In this document: piece by piece, positions 47,551 through 58,309 of the stretch
How the letters are laid out: each line of letters opens with the position of its first letter
Position numbering within the stretch: position 1 is the stretch's first letter
Assembly: GCA_052426225.1 (NCBI GenBank)
Contig: JBNJNM010000023.1
Coordinates: forward strand, 434,001-498,000
Direction of reading: 5' to 3'
Length of the DNA stretch: 64,000 bases
From: Zancudomyces culisetae HAW-14-8
Taxonomy: Eukaryota > Fungi > Kickxellomycota
Translations under genes and position numbers: made by a program
The notes under the pieces: generated by a model
Database searches by the model: none
What the model was told of the DNA's origin: nothing
Seen by the model: the letters and a program-made list of their open reading frames with translations, nothing else

Positions 47551-50500
47551 CTATTTTTTCAAGGTACGTTGCTTCTCAGCAGAAGAGACGATTTTTCGGT
47601 CAGAAACAAAGAGACCTTTTTTGGTGCGGACAAGATCCATGTAATATTTGGCCAAGTTGGCTTTATCAGCAACAGTTCCCAAATCCTCAAGCTCATCAAT
47701 GGTGGTAGGAACCCAGAAAGGATCAAGATCAAGAGGGTCAAACCCAGAAAAGAAGAGTTGAGGCAAGGCGTCACCACTGGTTTTGGAGCGAATTTCATCG
47801 ACAAGCCCAAAAGATTCAATGACAGGAAGAGAGGCAGAAATACAAAAGATATCAGGAGAATAGTCGAGAATATCTTCAGAAAGAATACGGCCCTTTCTAC
47901 GCAGAATGACGGGGTAGACTTTTCCAACAGAAGCAAGAGGAGCCTGGATATTGACGCGGTAAGTGGCAAGCATTAGGCGAGGCGAGTAGGTAAGGAATGA
48001 AGACTTGATAGCGTCACGGAAAAGAGTGATGAGTTGGCCAGACAAAGCAGAGGTAGAAAACGAAGAATCGGTAGAAAAAGTTATAGATGAAATGGATACG
48101 CAAATACCAACCATGGGTTCAGCACAGAGAGGACCAGCACTGGTGGCCAGCTGGAAAGCAGTAGCCAAAGCCTGCAGCAGTAGATCAGAGCCCGTAGAAA
48201 GACCGGCAAGAGAGTCGAGGGCGGAGGGGGAAGCCAAAAGCACGTTTGTTGGTGGAGGAGCAGAATTGGGACCAAAAGCAAGAAGGCGGGATGAGTGGTT
48301 GGACGAAGCAAGCATGGACTGGACGGTTTGAGCCTTATGTTTAAACGACAACGATGCTTGTGACTGAGGCTGCGACGAAGAGACAGCTGAGGTGGTTAGA
48401 TAATCAACGACTGTTTCTGGTAGAGGTTCGAGAGTAAAAGAAAGAGTCACGTGATTGTTTGGAGTCGAAACAGTGGCTGTTCCCAAGCCAAATTGTTTTG
48501 AGCCGGCATCAGAGTCGGCAGATAAATGTTGCTGGGAAACGATTGCAGGCAGTGACGTGATTGTTTCGCGGAAAGGTACGCTTGGTTCACCAACGTGGAT
48601 TTGGCATTTGGCAAACCGTTCGGTTAAATCCTTCACACAGCGCTGGAGATGCAGTTCGCCAGTTGCGGAGAGCAAGTACTCGCCACTACTGTGGTGGTGT
48701 TCGACTCGCACGCTTTTGTCAGCCATTTCCAACCGTTCCAAACCGACTCGCAGCTGGTCATATTGAGAAATGTCAATTGGTTCGAGAGATACGGTGACAA
48801 TTGGTGGCGCAACAACAGCAACAGATGACTGGGCTGATTTGGAGCCGGCCAGAGTTGATTGTAAATAGTTTGCTACTTTATTTGCTGTTTCTTTTTCTTT
48901 TTCTTTTTCTTCTTCCTTGTCCTCCAAATTGTCGTTGGCAGGCAACTTGACCATCACATATTCTTGTCGATTAATTTCCTGTTCAACATCAATGTATGTT
49001 TCAACACCACCAATCCCAAAGATATTTCCAGCACTTACTTTTTCAACTGCGATGTATTCGTTGCCCATTACCAAATACAAACTCTTGATTTCCATCTTTC
49101 TGCTTTCTTGTGCTGTCACCAACCACACCTCCTCGCCCGATACAACTGTCCCACTAATCACTCGTCCTATTCCCATCATAATCTCCTCATTCTCATCCTC
49201 TTTTTCCTCTTCTTGTTCTTTTTCTTCACCCTTCTCCTCAACATCTTGACGTTCAGCTTTATTCTCCACTCGTTGACGTCGTCCCATTGCTCTCATCTGC
49301 TCGGCCGTCATCTGAATTCGTTCTTTAACTATACTTTTCCGCTGCGTACTAATCATTTTGCTTATTATTGCGACCTTGTTTTCACTGTCTTTAGAGCTTT
49401 CTTGCAGCATTTTCCCAATTTCAATTTCTTTATTGTCACTGTTGATGCTGGGTCTGTACTTTTCATATTGTGCCTCCATTGGCCCTGGTACTTTCTCTAT
49501 TACTGTAATTAAACAGCTCTGTGCAAGTGGCAACCACCTCTGCATAATATCCTTCATCAATTCCTTCTTGATGTTGTTGCTGCCTCCTCCTTCTTTTACT
49601 CGATTTAGATTCCGCATAAAGTATACATCCCTCTTGGTTATTCCCACTCGCTCCATTATCTTTTCCACCTTTTCAATGTCAAATTTGACCATTGTGTCTT
49701 CATATACTTTCCAAATACTCTTTAGACATATCTCTACAAACAACGGTCGACCTTCCTGTTTTGCACTTCCAAAATTCTTTCCTCCTGTCGCCGATTTTGA
49801 CTGAGTCGCCATTGCCCGGTTTTTTCTCTCTACTATTCTTTTCTGCTTATTCTTCACTTCCAAGTAAAAATCTCCCCACAGTCCCTTTTCCAACTCTTCT
49901 TCACTAGCTACTCCTAGCTTTTCCCAACTCATGCGTGCAAAATCCCGCACCCTAAAACCCCACCCCTCTGCTGCTGATCCAAATATCACATTCCCCTCTG
50001 TTGGATTAAAGTACACCTTCCTATCGTCTTCCTCCTCCTCTTCCTTACTCTTACTCTTCTTTTTTTGCGACTTTTTACCAACCTGGTTACCTTCTCCATC
50101 CCCTGCCTCCTCTGCCTCCTCTGCCTCCTTTAACTCCTCCAACTCCATCTCTTCCATTTTATCAGCTGTCCAAAACCCTCCCAATACCGCATTGGCTTGT
50201 TCAATTACCTTTTGCAGTCGCAAGTATCCCTCGGCTTCTGTTAGTTTCAGCTCAGCAATCAGTCGATCTACTTTGTTGATAAATAGTATCATTTTGACCT
50301 TCTCACCCCATGCCTGCCGCATTACTGTTATCGTTTGTGGACACACTCCCTCAACTGCATCCACTACTACTAGCGCTCCATCGCTCAGCCGGGTAGCTGT
50401 ACTTACCTCCCCGCCGAAATCAACATGTCCTGGTGAATCTATCAGGTTTATCATGTATTCCTGTCCCTCTACTCCCGCCTCTATGTTTTTGTTTTTCTGG

Positions 50501-50811
50501 TCATCAGCACTACCGTCATTTTTTTTACTATCATTACTATTACTATTGTTGCTTTTGCGCTGCCTAATAATCTTGTAGTACAAACTTATGGCACTATTTT
50601 CCATTGTGATTCCACGTTGTTGCTCGTCCTCCCGGAAATCAAGGTACCGTGCCTGCCCCGCAATCCTAGTTGAAATAATCCCATTTGTTGCCACTAGGGT
50701 ATCTCCAAGTGTTGTCTTGCCGTGATCCACGTGTGCTATGATACAAATATTGCGAATATTTTTTGTGTTTTCTTGCAGACGCCTCAAAATTTCTGGTCGA
50801 ATTGGCCCCAT
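47551..50811 (-). CDS. EFL1: Elongation factor-like GTPase 1 (60S maturation), intronless
   Basis: 'NIRNICIIAHVDHGKTT', 'DEQQRGIT', 'INLIDSPGHVDF', 'NKVD', 'GELHLQRC..DL..RFA', and the Efl1/Ria1-specific C-terminus 'DPFWVPTT..ELEDLG..AD..N.AK.YM..VR..KGL...KIV..AEKQRTLKK'. Confidence 0.97.
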   Translation of the reverse strand: MGPIRPEILRRLQENTKNIRNICIIAHVDHGKTTLGDTLVATNGIISTRIAGQARYLDFREDEQQRGITMENSAISLYYKIIRQRKSNNSNSNDSKKNDGSADDQKNKNIEAGVEGQEYMINLIDSPGHVDFGGEVSTATRLSDGALVVVDAVEGVCPQTITVMRQAWGEKVKMILFINKVDRLIAELKLTEAEGYLRLQKVIEQANAVLGGFWTADKMEEMELEELKEAEEAEEAGDGEGNQVGKKSQKKKSKSKEEEEEDDRKVYFNPTEGNVIFGSAAEGWGFRVRDFARMSWEKLGVASEEELEKGLWGDFYLEVKNKQKRIVERKNRAMATQSKSATGGKNFGSAKQEGRPLFVEICLKSIWKVYEDTMVKFDIEKVEKIMERVGITKRDVYFMRNLNRVKEGGGSNNIKKELMKDIMQRWLPLAQSCLITVIEKVPGPMEAQYEKYRPSINSDNKEIEIGKMLQESSKDSENKVAIISKMISTQRKSIVKERIQMTAEQMRAMGRRQRVENKAERQDVEEKGEEKEQEEEKEDENEEIMMGIGRVISGTVVSGEEVWLVTAQESRKMEIKSLYLVMGNEYIAVEKVSAGNIFGIGGVETYIDVEQEINRQEYVMVKLPANDNLEDKEEEKEKEKETANKVANYLQSTLAGSKSAQSSVAVVAPPIVTVSLEPIDISQYDQLRVGLERLEMADKSVRVEHHHSSGEYLLSATGELHLQRCVKDLTERFAKCQIHVGEPSVPFRETITSLPAIVSQQHLSADSDAGSKQFGLGTATVSTPNNHVTLSFTLEPLPETVVDYLTTSAVSSSQPQSQASLSFKHKAQTVQSMLASSNHSSRLLAFGPNSAPPPTNVLLASPSALDSLAGLSTGSDLLLQALATAFQLATSAGPLCAEPMVGICVSISSITFSTDSSFSTSALSGQLITLFRDAIKSSFLTYSPRLMLATYRVNIQAPLASVGKVYPVILRRKGRILSEDILDYSPDIFCISASLPVIESFGLVDEIRSKTSGDALPQLFFSGFDPLDLDPFWVPTTIDELEDLGTVADKANLAKYYMDLVRTKKGLFVSDRKIVSSAEKQRTLKK

Positions 50812-51094
50812 GTTTGCAAATGTATTGTTGTCTATGTATATTCTTCTAGAGTGTGTCTGTGTAGTTGTTTGAATGTTAATTATACGGTTGGGATCAAATT
50901 CCGGTTCAAGTTTATTAGTTTGACCTTGGTGGTGGAGGAATAAGAGAGCTTAAATAGGAAAATCAAACTATAATTTATGCATTAATTCAAAAAAATTTTT
51001 TTGGCTATTTAATATTTGCAAGTTGAACCAACAGTTTTCATGGATAAAAGCTGCGGAGTTATTTATCACCCTTTACAACCAAATATAAACCATA
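50812..51094. promoter_or_regulatory. Probable bidirectional promoter between head-to-head EFL1 and NSRP1-like genes
   Basis: Only 283 bp separate the divergent ATGs, with a central A-tract/T-tract palindrome-like sequence (caaaaaaattttttttgg, about 50988-51004). Confidence 0.5.
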
Positions 51095-52279
51095 ATGAAG
51101 AAACATCACAAAGATAATCCCCAAAAGCTAAAATATGGCTTAAACATTACGAAAGCGAAACCTGCGCAGCAACTCCAACAAAAATCCTCGGTGTTTCAGG
51201 ATGAGACCTTTTCTTCTGGACCCAATCCAATATCCAAAAATACAAGCACTTCAAAACTCCAGACTACAAACTCAGGTGCTGCGAATAAGAAACCAAGACT
51301 AGAAAACGAAAATAATGTAGATCCAAGCATCTATGCTTACGATGAAGTCTACGATGCAATTAAAGACGCTCAGGCACAATCGGCAACACCCTCCTCCTTC
51401 TCACACTCTAATGATTCAAGTAACAAAGATGGCCACAACGGTGAAAAACCTAAACCTCGATACATTCAAAATCTAATCAACAGTGCAAGTGTTCGCAAAA
51501 TCGACTTGTTAAAAGCCAAAGAACGAAAAGTCCAAAAGGAGCGGGAGGCAGAGGGCGATCAATTTGCGCACCTGGAGAAATTTGTTACTAGTGCGTACAA
51601 AGAGCATTTGGATTCACTCAACCTGTTTGACGAGGAGGGCAATGCTGCAGCCTCTGCACCCGGATCTGAGCTTGATAATTCCAAAAAGAGTTTTGTCGAC
51701 TTTTTCAGTAACGAGTCGAATGCACTTGTCGACACTGCCAAAGATGCTGTGCGATCGGAGAATATTCGACTTGATTATAGGGAACCCAAGCCACATCTGG
51801 ATCTTGATAGTAAACATGGGTATCAAGATGACACTAGTGCTACCAAAACAGCCAGAGACACAGATTCTCCAGGTGCACAAACAAAGGTTCTTTCCACCAC
51901 CACCGATCCTTCTCTGCTATTAAATGATGACAACCAAGTAGTAGACAAACGGCAGCTTTTGAAAGCTGGTCTAAACATTACAGCCAAGCCCTCATCCAAA
52001 TCTAGAGCTCCACATTCTCGCTCACACCCATCATCGTACTCTTCTTCTTCCGCTTCTTCCTATTCATCTTCGTACAGGAGGTCCACTCACCACGATCGAA
52101 ATTCTGACGTCAGGAACGAACGGCCTACTTCACCTGGTGTTTCTTCAGGATCTGCGCACGATAAAAAGGACCAGTCCAAGGAACACTTGTTGACTCAAGG
52201 TCTTACTTCAACATCTTTGACTACTGATAAAGTAGAGAGTGCCCGGCTGCGATATTTACAGCGCAAAAAGAAGGCTTGA
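51095..52279 (+). CDS. Nuclear speckle splicing regulatory protein 1 (NSRP1/CCDC55, DUF2040)-like
   Basis: 'LKYGL', 'DPSIYAYDEVYD', 'KPRYIQNL...A..RK', 'ERKVQKEREAEGDQF...EKFVTSAYKE', 'VDKRQLLKAGLN' and C-terminal 'SARLRYLQRK'. Confidence 0.85.
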   Translation: MKKHHKDNPQKLKYGLNITKAKPAQQLQQKSSVFQDETFSSGPNPISKNTSTSKLQTTNSGAANKKPRLENENNVDPSIYAYDEVYDAIKDAQAQSATPSSFSHSNDSSNKDGHNGEKPKPRYIQNLINSASVRKIDLLKAKERKVQKEREAEGDQFAHLEKFVTSAYKEHLDSLNLFDEEGNAAASAPGSELDNSKKSFVDFFSNESNALVDTAKDAVRSENIRLDYREPKPHLDLDSKHGYQDDTSATKTARDTDSPGAQTKVLSTTTDPSLLLNDDNQVVDKRQLLKAGLNITAKPSSKSRAPHSRSHPSSYSSSSASSYSSSYRRSTHHDRNSDVRNERPTSPGVSSGSAHDKKDQSKEHLLTQGLTSTSLTTDKVESARLRYLQRKKKA

Positions 52280-52740
52280 TATACAATTATGTCTTTTAAT
52301 ATGTTTTTCTCCTCTTTTGGTTTGCAAAATAGATTTTCCTTCTTTACTCTTTGTATTTTATTGTTTATTTAAAATTTTCAGCTTGTAACATTTATTTAAG
52401 CCTGACTAGTACTCGTTTGCTACTTTGTTTTTATTACTTGGGGGGGATACATACGTATAGAATATAATCTACACATTCGATCCAAGAAATAACAATATAA
52501 ACAAAAAAGCATGAATGCTCGAAAGCTAGGTGATTTATTTAATACAAGTTTTAGTCAACATATATACAAATTTTAACAGCAATAAATCGGTTGTATGTTG
52601 TAGCTGGTAAAATCTAAACCAACAAACAAAATATATCTAGATACTATCCTGAAACGCTTGGTAGTTTTGTTTGCAAACGCTACTCAACTCACCATCACTC
52701 ACAAATATTCACACCCCTTCCTCCTTTCCCGCTTCCATCA

Positions 52741-54096
52741 CTAATTCTGCAAAATATCCAAGTGCTTTTCCATTTTTTCAATTTCTTTTCTGACAAATTC
52801 ATTTAGTCTACCTACAATAACAGGGTCATATGCTTTCATATGATTGTTTATTGGGAGCTCCATTATTGGGACTGGTAATCGCCGTCTTGGAAATGAGGTA
52901 TTGTAGCCTCTTGTGTTATTTCTTCCAGGAATTGATGCACCTACCCCTGTCTGAGAAAGACCCGATCTAGTAGGTGATGTAGAACTGCCCAGAAATTTGG
53001 AATATGTATAACAGCTTCCTAACGATGTTATATCTATTACACTTCGTATCGGATCATTGTAGTATGGCAATAGAGAGTCCAGTGTTATACTTTCCCTGGT
53101 TATCGACAAGCTGTTGATATCGTACATGTTTTTGGGATCAAGTCGCTGCCACGATGCCCAAACAAGATCAATCATCGAGTGATGCATAAAAAACAGGACA
53201 CTACGTGATTTAGTTTTCATTATCACATCTTTTCTTGTATTCCAGAAACTTTTTATTGTGTGTAAATATACATAACATTGTTAAACTTACTCTGTAGGAG
53301 CCCACATTTCCATCATATCGCCACCAACTCCCAAGTGTACCACTCCATGACATCCATTTTCAATATTTGGTGAAAAATCACTAAATGTGTTGGATGCCTT
53401 GGATATGTTTATTACTGCCTCTTCGGGCCAGAACGAGCCTGGTGAATTCCCCTGTTTATAATTTCTAGTTATACAGCTGTAATTTGGAAAAGATTTCATC
53501 CAGCTGGCCTGGAACCCGTCCAACAGGCATTTATCGGGACCAATTCCATTGCCACCAAACATATAATTACTTAATGCTCTTGTGTTTTCAGGTGCATCCC
53601 AACCAATTGACCAATCCTATTTATTATTTGTTTGTGAGTATACTTTATTTTCCCACTCTTAGTTTCAACAATTATTATGTACTTCCCACTCTAAACCCAA
53701 AATAATAAAATGAAATATGTTCATTAAATATATAGACAGTAAAATAAAACTTACCCAGTATGGAATAGTTACATTTGGATTTACCATTTGAAGTAGCGAT
53801 TGGAAATGCATAACAAACCTTCTATGCCATGGTAAAAAAAACCCATTTCCATGGATTTCTACAGCATATCCTGTATGTATCTTACTCAGTTCTTCAAGCC
53901 AGCCCCGTTTTTTTACCTCATAACAAGCCCTCACAAAGTTGCTCCATTCAAGAGGCGTCATTTCGTTAATCTCTTTTCTCATCACCGGACTCGCCGTACA
54001 CTGCGTACTTGTTAGTGGTGGTGTGGGTACATTCTGTGCAATACTAGGGTTCAATACCCAAAATATTAGAATTAGTAGTATCGAAATACCAACCAT
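52741..54096 (-). CDS. Secreted tyrosinase (type-3 di-copper); exons 54096-53755, 53616-53291, 53200-52741
   Basis: Signal peptide; 'RKEINEM'; CuA 'IH.....IHGNGFFLPWHRRF'; spliced 'IPYW|DW'; CuB 'ENGCHGVVHLGVGGDM...WAPTD|VLFFMHHSMIDLVW'; 'CYTY'. Introns keep frame. Confidence 0.9.
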
Positions 54097-55811
54097 TTCC
54101 TTTTATTCGTTATGTGTTTAGCAATTATTATCATATAGTGTACTGTAAAAAGTACAATTGGATCATTGAAAGAGTTATTTATTAAAACATCAATGTTTCT
54201 TTTAAACTTTGAATTATACATTTATCGAGCAACATCTTTATAAGCTATATATAAATAATATGTATATCGTTTGTATTTTGAAAACGGAGCCTTTGCTGGA
54301 TTCTCCAGAGGTACAATGTATTGATCTAGAGCTGGTGAGAGTATTTTAACTAGCTAGATAATATCCTAGCTATCGCCATTTCTAGATCAAATGCATCTTT
54401 ACAACTATTCGTATTTCGGTAGCTTTTGGTGCTGGAAACGTACACTCCAGATCTTAAACCTTTGTATCGGGCACGAAAAATAATAAGGACAGGGTATGAG
54501 CCTCAATTCTTTTTTTTCAATGGCTTGTACTTTCCAACCACCATTTTACCATTTTATCACTTTGCCACATCAACCATTTACACCGCTTCCCCTACTCCTC
54601 ACCCAACTTTTTCTCCTCAATTCCTTCCCTTTACCTCGCTCCTCACCCCCGCATTATGATTTTTTGTGAGTTTAGTTGGCTGATTCTCTATTTTTTTCTT
54701 TCACCTCTGCAAACCACCCACCAACTCCCGTAGTTATATAACTCGTCTTCTTTTTTGAGAAGCCCATTTCCCAAAAAATCAAGAAAATGGGGGAGGGGAG
54801 GGGGAAAGGAAAGTGGGTTATACCGAACATTCTATTGCTAAACCGATAATCCGCACATTGATTGAGGATATTTAGTGGTTGCCAAATTATCATTCTATGG
54901 CCCGGAGTCTTGTCTAAACTAAAAATATCTTTTGTGATTGATCAAAGACACTACTATTTCCCGCCCCATTTTTATCTTCCACTTTTCCGTTTTACTAGAG
55001 TTTAAAATTGTACTTCTTTTTTTTTGTTTCTCAGGCTAGAATACTTAACAGTGAAGAGTATACTCGAACGTTACGACTAGCCAACTTGGCCCATCTTTAG
55101 CAATAAAAAGACATACCAGGTAAAGTTGCCTCCGGGTTGGGTCTCAAAAATAATACTTTATTCAAAAAGCAAAAAAATGCTGTTTTTTATGCCTATATCC
55201 CCAATATTAGACACGTTTTGGTATAACTAGAGCGAGTAAACTTTATTATTTCTGACTTTTCGGGAACAAGTGCTCAAGAATAGCAAAAATGTAGATGGTT
55301 TTTATTGTTTTCCAAGCAACCACTTTGGTAGGTATCCCCACCCAGAACTATCCAAGCTGTTAAGTAGAATATTGTAGCACAATCTACACTAGTTAAATAG
55401 CGTACCACGATTTTGTATGAGTAAAGCAAGTACATGGACTATAACCTAACTCAAATTTTTGCTATAGGGCAAGGACTTAGAGTTGTGGAGGAACCAAAGG
55501 TTTAGGGTATCAATCTGTGGTTATAAAGAAACCACGTTCTTCTAAAAATGGTCTGGAGCTCAGAAGTCGACAAGGAGTTACCAGTTGTTTTTGCAGCTTT
55601 CCCGATAACGCAACCCTTGATCGCGGATTTGAAACAAGCAAGGTCATTCGAATAACAAGTGGATTTGTTCCACCAACAGAATCACAGCATTGAGATAGTG
55701 GTGGATTGGGTTGGTTGAAAATCAATCAGATTCCAGAATAAAAAGCAATAGCAACATCTTTGCTGCAAGTTCGTCCTTTGCAGAACAGAACCACGAAAAT
55801 ATATAAAATAA

Positions 55812-57348
55812 ATGGAATTTTGGGGTGCAAGAATTCTGAGCAAACACACAAGAGGTCGATTAGCAAGAAATGTAGTCACTAAAGCGGAAGGCCTGGTTGA
55901 AAAAATACAGGTAGATCACTTGGTAATAGGTGCGGGAGTGGTTGGGCTGGCAATAGCTAGAGAACTTAGCCAAAGGAGCAAAACTGAGTCTGTATTGTTG
56001 GTCGAGAAGAATCGAAGGTTTGGAATGGAGACGAGGTAAGGGATGTTCTAGCAGAGCGATTTGATAGCAGAAAATTTGATTCTAGATTCGAAATGCTTTG
56101 AATTATTTTATTATATTTATTGTCGAATGTAAATAGTTCAAGAAACAGCGAGGTCATACATGCAGGTATATACTATCCAGAGAACTCGTTGAAAACGCAA
56201 CTATGTATCGAAGGAAATAGAATGCTATATGAGTACTGTCGAAAAATGGAAATTCCACACAGAAAGATAGGAAAATGGATAGTAGCAGCAAGCGGTTCTA
56301 ACAGCGAAAGAGCGTATTTGGAGAAAATTCACAAAAAATCACAGAGAATTGGAGTAGAAACAGAACTGATCAACATAAAAAGTCTCAGGAATAATAAAGC
56401 AAAAGGGGTAGGCGAGGGATTGTTGGGTGGGTGTTTAAAGGCTGATAGTATCTTGAATAGCCCTACGACTGGGATACTAGATTCCCATAGATACATGGAG
56501 GCACTGAAGTATGACTTTGAGGAGAGAAATGGGGGGGTTGTATAGTCCAAATACAAAGGTGGTTGATATTGAGCGAATGCCTGGAGGTATGGGAAAGGGT
56601 GGTGGTTCAGGATACAGAGCATTGGTAAAAACCAATGACCAGGAAAACCCGTACCTAGAGATTGAGACTGGGACAGTAATAAATAGCGCAGGCCTGTGGG
56701 CAGATACGGTGCATAACTTGTGTCTGGAAAGGTTGGGGCTGTATAAGTCATCGAATGTCATTAAATACAGATTTGCAAAGGGAAAATATTATTTATATCA
56801 ACCCTCGCATTCCAGCCATAAATACGACAAAAAAAATAGTTACAAGTCCAAGATATTAGCAATAAACAAGCTTATATACCCGGTTCCTGATGAAAACTTG
56901 AGCGGATTGGGGGTTCACCTGACTCTTGATTTGGGTAATCAGATAAAGTTCGGACCAGATGTCGAGTATGTTGAAAGTAACACAGACTATTCTGTGAAAC
57001 AGGGACAAGACATTGACCAAGTTGTATGTCAGATACAAAAGTATCTGCCTGGTGTCAACAAGGAAGATCTGGTTATCGGGTACAGTGGTATTAGGTAAGT
57101 GAGAATTGTTTTTTTTATTTGTGCCTATTAGCATTGTATAAAGAATTTGAGTATAGAAACATGTAATAAATAAATAAAATTACACTAGGCCTAAGCTAAG
57201 CGGGAAGGGCGAACCTGCTAGAGATTTTTTGATTGTTGATGGAAAAGAGAAGGGGATGAGCGGAGTCATCAGTTTGCTTGGGATAGAAAGTCCAGGGTTG
57301 ACATCATCATTGGCGATTGCAAAACGGGTTCTCAAGTCGATATTTTAG
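55812..57348 (+). CDS. L2HGDH: Mitochondrial L-2-hydroxyglutarate dehydrogenase; exons 55812-56035, 56137-57094 (one-base frameshift at G7 56531-56537), 57189-57348
   Basis: FAD motif 'VIGAGVVGLAIA', 'GMETSSRNSEVIHAGIYYP..SLK', 'SPTTGILDSH', 'INSAGLWAD', 'LIYPVP....GLGVHLTLD', 'FGPDVE', 'YSGIRPKL', 'GIESPGLTSSLAIA'. Confidence 0.92.
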
Positions 57349-57967
57349 ATAGTATACTGGTTTAGGCCTGACGCAGGAGTTTCACTCTGTTGTGCTTATG
57401 GATGTCATTTACTTGTGAGTTTATTTAACCTGACACTGATAAAACTATAACAAATTATGACACAATCTCGAATTTATTGGGAACCAGTATTCAGTTGGTC
57501 AAGGAGGTAATGACTCTGTCGAAAAAAATAGTTTTAATTTTGTGATTGCCTGAAATAACAAAACTGAACACACGTTCCTTATTGTGCAGATTTCTATGAG
57601 CCCTCTGATAATTTTAATTTGTTTTACATTGGTATAGTTCAATAACACCAAGTCGAGAAACATGCATTTTAGTAGCACTGTACTTCAGTATTAATTCATA
57701 ATGGGTTTTTTTTTGCAACTTTATGCAACACATAAACTAACAACGCTCCTTGTGAGTTGAATAGAAGTGTTATTATTATCTTTAGAATGATGAAGGAAAG
57801 CTTAGATTTTGTATAAATGTCCAACGCAACCCATTCTTTGTACTAGCGAAAAACAGACAATCAAGACATCTCCACATTTTATAAACAGCAATTTAGAACT
57901 TTTAAATAGTATTCTAATAAAACTCGAGTTTGTTTTCTATTTAGCAATACAAGAAGGGGATATCGAA

Positions 57968-58309
57968 ATGTTGACAAAACTGTTATTGGTAAAGCTGTTG
58001 ACTGATCCAGTCTTTGTAGGACTTGTTTGTAACTTAGCTGCATTCGCAATAGGATATAGTTCTTTGGGGTTTTTTTGCTTTATACTTATCCTAATTTTCA
58101 TCTATTCTATGTTTCGGTTGGCAAAAGAGTGGAGTGTGTGTTGTCGGGATTATGAGATCAAAAGGATCAAAAAAACTATAAAGGAAAGTACTCAGGGCGG
58201 AGTTAGAGATAAAAAGGGAAACATAGTAAATGCATTAGAGCTTGAAAAGCAACGTATAAAGGAATGTATCAAAGGCATTCAAAAACCTATGGATAGTTCA
58301 GACAGCTAA
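57968..58309 (+). CDS. Small hypothetical membrane protein
   Basis: From ATG 57968, a hydrophobic segment (VFVGLVCNLAAFAIGYSSLGFFCFILILIFIYSMF) is followed by a charged tail. Confidence 0.45.
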   Translation: MLTKLLLVKLLTDPVFVGLVCNLAAFAIGYSSLGFFCFILILIFIYSMFRLAKEWSVCCRDYEIKRIKKTIKESTQGGVRDKKGNIVNALELEKQRIKECIKGIQKPMDSSDS

